This document shows positions 9,501 through 16,097 of a DNA stretch of 20,000 nt, in pieces; positions within the stretch are counted from its first letter, which is position 1, and every line of letters begins with the position of its first letter. The notes beneath the pieces were generated by a model, which was not told the origin of the DNA, searched no databases, and saw nothing but the letters and a program-made list of their open reading frames with translations. Position numbers and translations under genes: made by a program. Origin of the DNA: an uncultured virus (IMG/VR IMGVR_UViG_3300046007_006189) (lineage: Duplodnaviria > Heunggongvirae > Uroviricota > Caudoviricetes); IMG/VR virus record IMGVR_UViG_3300046007_006189; one strand, 5' to 3'.

Positions 9501-10070
9501 ATTTTTCTTTACAGGTCCAACTTGTTTTATGTATGCAGAATCATTTAAAAAGAATTGGTTCTGGAAGTTCATATTTCCAGTACCATCCAATTTTACTCTG
9601 GTACTTGATGCCAGATTAGATCCCTTTAGATACATTAAAGTATCTGCGGATAGACCGAGGGAATAAAGATTTCCTACAGTTGTTTTGTATATCGTGTCTA
9701 TTTTTAGGTTACTATCATCAACCGTTATTGCTAACGATCCAATGGCACTTATGCCTTTTATGTTCAGTTGACCTTCGGAGGAAGAACCAACTATTGATAT
9801 TCCTTCTCCTACCGATTCTGGAGTTTCTGTATTACCATAACCAGTAACACCCTTTAGGTTTGCGGTTACTCCGCTTGTGGTTCCATCTGAGAAAGTTAAT
9901 ATTATTCCGGTAGTTGCACCTATAGCAGAAATTACATATTTGCCATATGGTCCTGTATTTCCTGTTGCTCCGGTTGTTCCCGTCGCTCCAGTTGCACCAG
10001 TTCTACCAATTGGGCCGGTGGGGCCTAGAGGGCCAAATAAAGAATTTTTAGATATTGCGCTGCTGTACAT
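6543..10070 (-). CDS. Putative virion fibre protein, 1175 aa: collagen-like G-X-T triplets, beta-sandwich fibre domain, 6 GxCC-type Cys repeats, Gly/acidic linker, unrecognised Cys/Pro/Gly-rich C-terminal region
   Basis: Long ORF, ATG to TGA. Contains GPLGPTGPIGRTGATGATGTTGATGNTGPYG and IDLENG...IWKFPENVYF...FTFDAGNNWYA, which resembles the common phage 'DGGTTWYG'-type tail domain. About 77 Cys by manual count. Confidence 0.9.
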   Translation of the reverse strand: MYSSAISKNSLFGPLGPTGPIGRTGATGATGTTGATGNTGPYGKYVISAIGATTGIILTFSDGTTSGVTANLKGVTGYGNTETPESVGEGISIVGSSSEGQLNIKGISAIGSLAITVDDSNLKIDTIYKTTVGNLYSLGLSADTLMYLKGSNLASSTRVKLDGTGNMNFQNQFFLNDSAYIKQVGPVKKNQYVGITGALENFTIGTTGGIYIDLENGGLYLVKTPIGIAGFTGSFRRNEILNATLIIESDEIWKFPENVYFSENENYFTCGKSIVNIFTFDAGNNWYATVSQRGLDVEFLNACKSSFGKGSCCYTKYPENTKNCVEYVTKDECQLLSGEFTALSSCSQTCAQGGICCSNGQCLADVDVEECTFFGGRFYSTINCSFYPNNPAGPNYGYPIEAGRLCFDACETEKLACCKDGNCIGDDLSRIQCELILGGKSFTGGDCSTINCCENNIGTGACCVCNNSAGKSVECKDDLTKSQCTKYAKSINSAYTGIFMGEGERCENLNCDCSCANIPPEDPNVPCCKTDGSCVDVPRSQCISLGGIPGQAGDVCSDTECEQRKGACCIGTTCSTKTYAECSSAGGVYKGDGVICGSTTCEGETGGTGGESGETGGTDNGDGDPSNPSGPDDGGGTDTGGEDGGTQTGGGQGTGSGGGAGPGETGPPKNICPSCNYTGWGKEIIKDEPLDGGATGPLKNPDGSPNPAGDLGNPDNYTNRCCYRHKNPYHFKDGKYVSPCKNGDDSHIPFWKKQAPPAGGPSSGTPAGEEEGAQFAIMPNCGVDAGCPDFSKVLCRMDCYEEMMKFFVCCKAKKTMTSGTNEEKDALCPGHGGCPFSGAVPGEDCSQILNNANTNLSCPFNFGSDPCKYAENLPDSFVDIFKGKNSNVKFECYCPKKVGANCTPFPCALYKDPPCKGLNDPSQKNLGPSGDKGPGGGGDGTDWEVAPNGQPRCKGGNKNGEGGGKGQGSGNGNIDYGKCCGNPDNGGVINADDKPAQENNTGYCLANGICGMFCQGDTVCMFMKDPCYNQYIKDWDKTVPGGNDDEIQTPKTFPNPGTSDSPQESPPVWHVTGCPKCAPGGWTKEATYPDWFPGTSGSGPYNPNSPGKGVPTIKMPGRMTISCNGDFGSPVPPTTSSPFTTINTPITFVKIYNIDETYDCVPIVTETDMSSYELC
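8065..8267 (-). repeat. Low-complexity Gly/Thr/Asp/Glu linker
   Basis: Encodes EGETGGTGGESGETGGTDNGDGDPSNPSGPDDGGGTDTGGEDGGTQTGGGQGTGSGGGAGPGETGPP; locally GC-richer. Confidence 0.8.
8538..10070 (-). repeat. Copy A of the duplicated 511-codon N-terminal module (copy B at 4993..6525)
   Basis: See copy B. Includes nucleotide-identical blocks 9547-9584 = 6002-6039 and 9601-9650 = 6056-6105. Confidence 0.93.
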
Positions 10071-10077
10071 GATTAAT

Positions 10078-10085
10078 TATTTAGG
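10078..10085 (-). promoter_or_regulatory. Possible T4-like late promoter (CCTAAATA) overlapping the upstream stop codon
   Basis: Minus strand reads CC-TAAATA-ATTAATC-ATG. TAAATA is the core of the gp55 late consensus, 7 nt before the ATG at 10070. No Shine-Dalgarno visible. Confidence 0.45.
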
Positions 10086-13000
10086 AAGAACAATTATCAT
10101 AATCGAAGCAAGACGGACATGTTTGGAAATTATATTCACTGTATGCATCAATTATTTCTATATCGGAGCATCCGACAACTATTGGTATTCTTCGGACAGG
10201 TCTTAGTCTGCACAGAGTCTGTCTATCGAGACTCAATACTTGACCATACGCACCATTAGCTGCTTTGCCGAAGTTTTGTGCTAACATTTTTTGACCATTG
10301 CAAATTTGATGAGAAAGGTCAAATGCTTGGGCATCAGATAGTCCAAAATCAATAGATAAGAATCTAGATTTATTGTTTATGGTGTCACTTGTTGATTCTA
10401 AAGTATACAAATCTTTTATTGTGTGGTTTTGATTATTCCATGATTTAACTCTGCAAACACTTGTCGATGTCCAATAAATGGTATCTCGTGTGTCGTTATC
10501 ATTATCATAGAAAGTACCAGAACCCTCAAAGTTCCAATTACGCATTAATTCGTGATCATCATCGCCAATTGTAAGAATAGATTGGTTTATCTCTCCAATA
10601 TACTTTGCAATATAATTCATTTCTACTATGCTTGGAATATACCAATCATCGTATCCATAGAAATTGATTTCATTTGCTTTTGATATTTGTCTTATTGCTG
10701 TATTTTCTGGATTTAATTTTTCCCACAATTGAGAATAGTAATATGCAAATGTATCTTTATCTGTTTCGATTTCTTGTTTGACTTCGTTTTCGACCAAGTT
10801 CCATTGATTTATATTTTGCGAAACGAATCGATTATATGCCAATTCATCTATTCCATCACCATCATAATCTCTAAACCAGAATTCTGGTTTGCTCTTAGAA
10901 TATGAATCGTGTATTCTTGTATTGAGCAATCCATCCACAGGCGAAGTTGCAACGGGTTCGATGAAATAGTTTGGTAACTTTGCTTCCGAACCCGGTCCTA
11001 CGCGAGACTCAAACATATTAGACCACTTCATATAACCAAATGTAACACCGGCATAATTTGTATATAGATCTCTTGGTGCTAAGATCAATGCCCATGAAAT
11101 ATGAATTGCTCTTTTACCATAGAACTGCTCTGCCATATATTTGTATAGACTAGAAGATGGTGTGCCCAATCCAACAACTTCAGTCATTATATTGCAAGTT
11201 TGATTATCGAAGGAAAGATACATTGTTGGTTGATAAGTATCTGTTCCCTCGAACATAGTTTGACTTGGCCAAGACACATCATTTCCGATATCAGTAGTAC
11301 CAGATACCAATTGTGTGATATATGGTGCTCCTGCTTTCAACAAGCATTTGTTTGCATACATTTTGAGAGTCGGTACTCTTGGATGTGTTCTGTTGAAATA
11401 TTCACGGTAGTATGCACTTGTTGATGGTATTTCGCCTTGATATGTTTTGCAGTTTTTAAATTTCCAAGTTTCGGATTGGTCGCCTGCAACTTCACCTCTT
11501 GGATTGCATAGGCACTCAAGTGGTTCTCCAAGTGCAGTTTGTGGTTGTGAGAAAGTGGTGCAGGAATTTGGTGCTCCTATTATTGCAACTAGATATCCAC
11601 CACCAATTCTTGTACCCGGCGCATTACACGGATCGTTTGATGTTTGTCTGCATGTGGTGGATTCTTTGTAATATTCTGGAGAATACGAAACACCACAGCA
11701 ATTAATTTCTTCACATAGTGTTCCCAGTCCCATGAATACACCACCAGCACTAGAACATTCTTCTGGTCTTTTTCCGCCTTCACAGTTACTATTACCCTGA
11801 CCATCAGAGAAGCAACATGCACCAACATAATTAGAAACGCTGCAACAATAATCAGTATCATTTATCTTCGGTAATTCGTCGCACGATTTTCCAAGAATAA
11901 ATACTGTGTCTGGAATTGCATTACATTCTGCTTGATTTAAATTTAGACATCTTCCCTTATAGCAGCAGGAACCAAGACCAGTAGAGCAAGCATCCGGACA
12001 AGAGAACGCTGGTTCTCCTTCTATGATTGTTGTAGAGCACAATTCATCAGGGAAGAAAACTCCACCATATTTTGTGCAAGATTCAAGATTTGTATTTACG
12101 CACTTTCCATTTACACAACATGCACCTTCTGGAAAACAATCTGTAGTTCCTGCACGTTCGACACAAGATCTATTACTAAATTGACCACCTATATCAACGC
12201 AATAATCTCTATTGCAGTAATCTATGCATAGTTTGTCGTTTGTGCCTTGAGGACAGAAACAGCACGAACCAAATTTATCGTCTGTTAAAAGTTGTGGAAG
12301 GAATTGAAATAAACCTTTGGTAAATGTAATTCCCTGAGACAAGAATTGTACTTTAGTACCGCTTCCGCTTCCGGTCGTTCCAAAGAAATATTTTTGTTGA
12401 ATATCAAACTGATTATTCGGAATATCGTAAACACCATTATTTGATACAAAAGAATCCGATCCATTCCATTTTTCTATTATTTGCATTTTACCGGCAGTGA
12501 AACCACCGGAAAGAGTTTGACCAAATTGAGAATATGTACTGAAAATTTGGGTATTTCCATAACTCCAAATGTTTCCAGTATTTCCAGAAATAGGTTGTCT
12601 GAATGTATCAAAACCAACAGTAAGTTGATTTATAATATCATTATAAAATGTCTCTCTTGCTCCAATTGCAACACCATTGCTCAAATACAAGAGTTCTCCT
12701 GTATTTCCTATTGGATATGTGTCGAATGTCTTGCCTCTTATAATTATTTGATTGGTGTTTTCAACCACACTTTCAATCTCACCATTCAATGAAGTGAATA
12801 GTAAAGATTTTACTTTTGGTGTTTCGTTGTATCCTATTTCAATTTTATTTGTGTCTTTTTCAAGATCATCCGTTGTATAGAACGGAGAGAATAAAGTTAT
12901 ACCACTTGCATTATTATTATCAAGAGTAGAACCAGAAAGCACGACAAAAGAATTGGTTGCATCTGTTCCAGCAGAACCAGTAATCCCGATTGTTACCGTT

Positions 13001-13212
13001 CCGGTTCCGCCAATGTAAAATGTAATATATCCACTTGATGTGGAAGTTGCCCCGGTAATACCATAACCAGTATTTCCGGTATAACCCAATATGCCACCAC
13101 CCGTCGGTCCAGTGGGTCCTGTAGGGCCGGTAGGTCCAGTTATACCAGTAAATCCGGTAACACCGGAATACTGCATTATGATATTTGAACTTCCGTATAT
13201 AAAATTAGTCAT
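10081..13212 (-). CDS. Putative virion fibre protein, 1043 aa: collagen-like N-terminus, 4 GxCC Cys repeats, C-terminal DUF1566/Lcl-like (C-type-lectin-fold) domain
   Basis: Long ORF. GITGPTGPTGPTGPTG; GSCCF/GACCV/GSCCY/GACCF repeats; C-terminal motifs GTRIGGGY, DGLLNT, GYDDWYIPSIVEM, YWTSTS and LRPVRR match the recalled DUF1566 pattern. Start overlaps the upstream gene by 8 nt. Confidence 0.88.
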   Translation of the reverse strand: MTNFIYGSSNIIMQYSGVTGFTGITGPTGPTGPTGPTGGGILGYTGNTGYGITGATSTSSGYITFYIGGTGTVTIGITGSAGTDATNSFVVLSGSTLDNNNASGITLFSPFYTTDDLEKDTNKIEIGYNETPKVKSLLFTSLNGEIESVVENTNQIIIRGKTFDTYPIGNTGELLYLSNGVAIGARETFYNDIINQLTVGFDTFRQPISGNTGNIWSYGNTQIFSTYSQFGQTLSGGFTAGKMQIIEKWNGSDSFVSNNGVYDIPNNQFDIQQKYFFGTTGSGSGTKVQFLSQGITFTKGLFQFLPQLLTDDKFGSCCFCPQGTNDKLCIDYCNRDYCVDIGGQFSNRSCVERAGTTDCFPEGACCVNGKCVNTNLESCTKYGGVFFPDELCSTTIIEGEPAFSCPDACSTGLGSCCYKGRCLNLNQAECNAIPDTVFILGKSCDELPKINDTDYCCSVSNYVGACCFSDGQGNSNCEGGKRPEECSSAGGVFMGLGTLCEEINCCGVSYSPEYYKESTTCRQTSNDPCNAPGTRIGGGYLVAIIGAPNSCTTFSQPQTALGEPLECLCNPRGEVAGDQSETWKFKNCKTYQGEIPSTSAYYREYFNRTHPRVPTLKMYANKCLLKAGAPYITQLVSGTTDIGNDVSWPSQTMFEGTDTYQPTMYLSFDNQTCNIMTEVVGLGTPSSSLYKYMAEQFYGKRAIHISWALILAPRDLYTNYAGVTFGYMKWSNMFESRVGPGSEAKLPNYFIEPVATSPVDGLLNTRIHDSYSKSKPEFWFRDYDGDGIDELAYNRFVSQNINQWNLVENEVKQEIETDKDTFAYYYSQLWEKLNPENTAIRQISKANEINFYGYDDWYIPSIVEMNYIAKYIGEINQSILTIGDDDHELMRNWNFEGSGTFYDNDNDTRDTIYWTSTSVCRVKSWNNQNHTIKDLYTLESTSDTINNKSRFLSIDFGLSDAQAFDLSHQICNGQKMLAQNFGKAANGAYGQVLSLDRQTLCRLRPVRRIPIVVGCSDIEIIDAYSEYNFQTCPSCFDYDNCSS

Positions 13213-16096
13213 TTATCACATTCTCATCTAGTCTAGTTATTCTCCAGTATTTATTATCTGAAGACGTATTATTAAAATAACTTTTATCACATCTTATTAA
13301 TTTGATTGGTCTGACTTTATATTTATTTTCTATTCTGTGTGCCTTTTTAGTGGTAAACTGATCAGTTAATCCATCAGAATCAAATTTAATTGCCCAAGAC
13401 ATTGTGCCGTGGGTCAGACCAGATGGATGATTCAGTACATATTCATTTGTGGTTCCATCAAATGTTCCGGTAGAAGACCAATACCATCCGTCCATTGGAG
13501 TTCCACCATTTTGTAATAGTTTTGCATTTACATTATCTTCTGAATCAGACAAACAGTTCTTAGCAATAAATGCCAATTCATCGTAACTTGGAATAAACCA
13601 ATCTGATATGAAATTATTGGTTTCTTCGTATGCTTTATTGAATAAAGACAATGCTCTTGCACTTGTAATTTCAGTTGCGTCTTGTGTTGGTGTATATGTG
13701 GTTTGAGTAAAATTAGAACCAGTTAGACCATAGTAGTATGCATATTCAGAATTTACCATTCTTATGGTATTCATTAATCCATAATTACGGAACCATTTAC
13801 CATTAAATGAACTATTTGGATTATTTGTGAGCCAAGAACTTGGTTCATTTGTCTTTCTTACAAATCCACAATCTATAAACGAATTTATTGTTAGATTTTG
13901 TTTTGTGTTTTCGTCTGTATAATCGTAAATGTAACCTTCCTTGTAGTTTAATTTATCTGAAGTTAATTCGGAAACTAAACCAGTAAATGGATTTACTAGT
14001 GGACCCCAATAGTTTCCACCGTGACTCCATATAAATTCTGTGGTATCAGAACTGGTTCCGGTATATTCTACAATTTCATTTGATTCATTTATTGTGATTG
14101 GATGCAAAGACATCAGAACAATGTAAGAATCCGATTCTGCATCACAAATGCTATCTCCTGTAAATCCATAACCCACAAAATCATAAATTGATTTATAATC
14201 AGAACAACTTATTTCTTCTTCTAATTCCTCAGTTAATTCTGCATATGTTGCAGATTGATTTGATCCAAATATTGGATTACCGAAGCACTTAGTTCCCTTC
14301 GGATTAAAGATTCCACAGACCATTCCGTTTTCATAGATATCACCAAAATTTAATGTTTCATTTGGAATTATTCCATAACAAGGAATTCCCTTAATGCGAC
14401 AATCGAAATCTATGCAAGAAGTTCCATCTCCAAAATATGTTTTATTATTGGAAATACAATCAGGACCATATACAGAATTTTCACAAGTTATTCCAGAATC
14501 ACAGCAGGATCCTGTGCCTCCATAGCAAACGGGAACTTGTTTTGATGATATACAATTAATTCCATCTCCCTGATAATACCCACCAATTGAAATGCATTGG
14601 TCTTTAGTTAAGGATTGACAGTTTCCATTACCATCGCAGCAAGCACCAAAGGACTCTAGTGCATTTGCACAATTAAAATCCAAGCAGGATTGCTTTGAAT
14701 TTTTAAACTCATACCAAGAATATTGCAATCCAGAATTATCTGCAATGCTTGCACAGTCACAAAATTTTAATTTCTGACATGGTAAAACTTTATTATTTGA
14801 ATCGCGCAAACAACATGCACCCAATTTACCACAGAATGTAGTTCCTTGTGCAGAAGTAAGACCAGCAATAAAGAATCCATCACATAGAATATTTAAAGTA
14901 TCAGATATAGTACAATCTGAATTGCAACAAATTCCTGCGGTAACTCCGGCGTTTGTTCCGTATGGAAGTTGTAATGCTCTTGTGAAAACAGTACCAACTT
15001 CACTACGACAGGAATATAATGTTGTTCTATCCGTTGTACTTGAATTATTAAAAGTAGCTCCAACGCTAGACATATTGGTAATATTAAAACCAATTACATT
15101 ACCATACCATATTCCACCTATTGAAACAAAATTTAAAAAGGTGTATGCATTTGCAGTACTAGAAAAACAAGGAACTTCACCTAAAGGCCATACCACAGGT
15201 GATATGTCCTTCAGTGACCAATTACTAATATCACTAAACGAATTTACTGTCGCGTATTCCACGGGAAGGGTTGTTGTATTTCCCGGAGGAATTATTATAG
15301 TAATAGAATGTGAATTGTTTGTATTTTGTGGTGCTTTGAGTACTATAAAATATCTACTAGTTGATACATTTCCACCAGAAATTGTAGTCGGCGATAAGTA
15401 AAAAGCATTTCCAACTGATGGATCTATTTCCCAATATTTTACTTGATTAGTTGTACCAGTTGCAACAGATGGAGTAGTTATTAAAAATCTCTGAGTTATG
15501 TTACTTGCTTGAGCATCTATTGTTTTAGATGATGTATTATAAGCAGTACCAGTTTCGCCTGTTTGGTAATTTCCTAGTGTATTTTTTAGTAACTGACCGT
15601 CGCTTCCACCGCTTATGCCCAAGAAAGAAATACCAATAAGATTATATTTAATCTCAATTGTCTTTCCATCATTCTCAACGATTGTAATATATGGATTACT
15701 ATTTGTTGATATATTTCTGAAAGTGACCATATCTACCGTGTAAGTAGAACCGTCATTTCTTGTATATAATTGATCATTTAAATCAGACTTTAGTACATTG
15801 TAAATATCTAAACTGGTTCCTGCAATTTGTAATTGAAAATTGCCAGTAATTCCTTGTATCTTACCTGTACTGTTTATAATTGTATTATCGTTAAAATAAT
15901 GCTGTAAGTAGTTGTTGGAATCTTTTGAAATGAAGATCAAAGAAGGTCCAGTGTTTCCTGTACTTCCTCTTTTATCTGGTCCAGTATTTCCCGTAACACC
16001 AATAGGGCCGGTTGGACCAGTAGCACCAGTAAGTCCCGAAATATTCGAGACTGTCTTTACTGGTATATTACTACTTCCGTATATAAAATTTGGCAT
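13205..16096 (-). CDS. Putative virion fibre protein, 963 aa: collagen-like N-terminus, beta-sandwich fibre domain, 4 GxCC Cys repeats, C-terminal DUF1566/Lcl-like domain
   Basis: Long ORF. GLTGATGPTGPIGVTGNTGP; VVWPLGEVPCFSSTANAYTFLNFVSIGGIWYG; GICCN/GACCL/GACCD/GSCCD; YGLMNT, DWFIPSYDEL, WYWSST, WAIKF and VRPIK. Confidence 0.88.
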   Translation of the reverse strand: MPNFIYGSSNIPVKTVSNISGLTGATGPTGPIGVTGNTGPDKRGSTGNTGPSLIFISKDSNNYLQHYFNDNTIINSTGKIQGITGNFQLQIAGTSLDIYNVLKSDLNDQLYTRNDGSTYTVDMVTFRNISTNSNPYITIVENDGKTIEIKYNLIGISFLGISGGSDGQLLKNTLGNYQTGETGTAYNTSSKTIDAQASNITQRFLITTPSVATGTTNQVKYWEIDPSVGNAFYLSPTTISGGNVSTSRYFIVLKAPQNTNNSHSITIIIPPGNTTTLPVEYATVNSFSDISNWSLKDISPVVWPLGEVPCFSSTANAYTFLNFVSIGGIWYGNVIGFNITNMSSVGATFNNSSTTDRTTLYSCRSEVGTVFTRALQLPYGTNAGVTAGICCNSDCTISDTLNILCDGFFIAGLTSAQGTTFCGKLGACCLRDSNNKVLPCQKLKFCDCASIADNSGLQYSWYEFKNSKQSCLDFNCANALESFGACCDGNGNCQSLTKDQCISIGGYYQGDGINCISSKQVPVCYGGTGSCCDSGITCENSVYGPDCISNNKTYFGDGTSCIDFDCRIKGIPCYGIIPNETLNFGDIYENGMVCGIFNPKGTKCFGNPIFGSNQSATYAELTEELEEEISCSDYKSIYDFVGYGFTGDSICDAESDSYIVLMSLHPITINESNEIVEYTGTSSDTTEFIWSHGGNYWGPLVNPFTGLVSELTSDKLNYKEGYIYDYTDENTKQNLTINSFIDCGFVRKTNEPSSWLTNNPNSSFNGKWFRNYGLMNTIRMVNSEYAYYYGLTGSNFTQTTYTPTQDATEITSARALSLFNKAYEETNNFISDWFIPSYDELAFIAKNCLSDSEDNVNAKLLQNGGTPMDGWYWSSTGTFDGTTNEYVLNHPSGLTHGTMSWAIKFDSDGLTDQFTTKKAHRIENKYKVRPIKLIRCDKSYFNNTSSDNKYWRITRLDENVIND

Positions 16097-16097
16097 A

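Noticed and set aside
4993..10070. Invertible shufflon or site-specific tail-fibre switching
   Set aside because: Both copies are in direct orientation, each is a complete gene with its own start, and no invertase or recombinase is present in the window.
4993..10070. Assembly artefact causing the duplication
   Set aside because: The copies differ by many synonymous and non-synonymous changes and by in-frame indels, consistent with real paralogs.
10081..13500. Diversity-generating retroelement in this window
   Set aside because: The DUF1566-like tips are suggestive, but no reverse transcriptase, Avd gene, non-coding template repeat or adenine-specific mismatch pair was seen. The duplicated module differs at all base types, mostly at synonymous sites.
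6543..16096. Multiheme cytochrome or ferredoxin interpretation of the Cys-rich regions
   Set aside because: No CxxCH heme motifs or repeated CxxCxxCxxxC patterns were seen; the Cys pattern is CC-led repeats.
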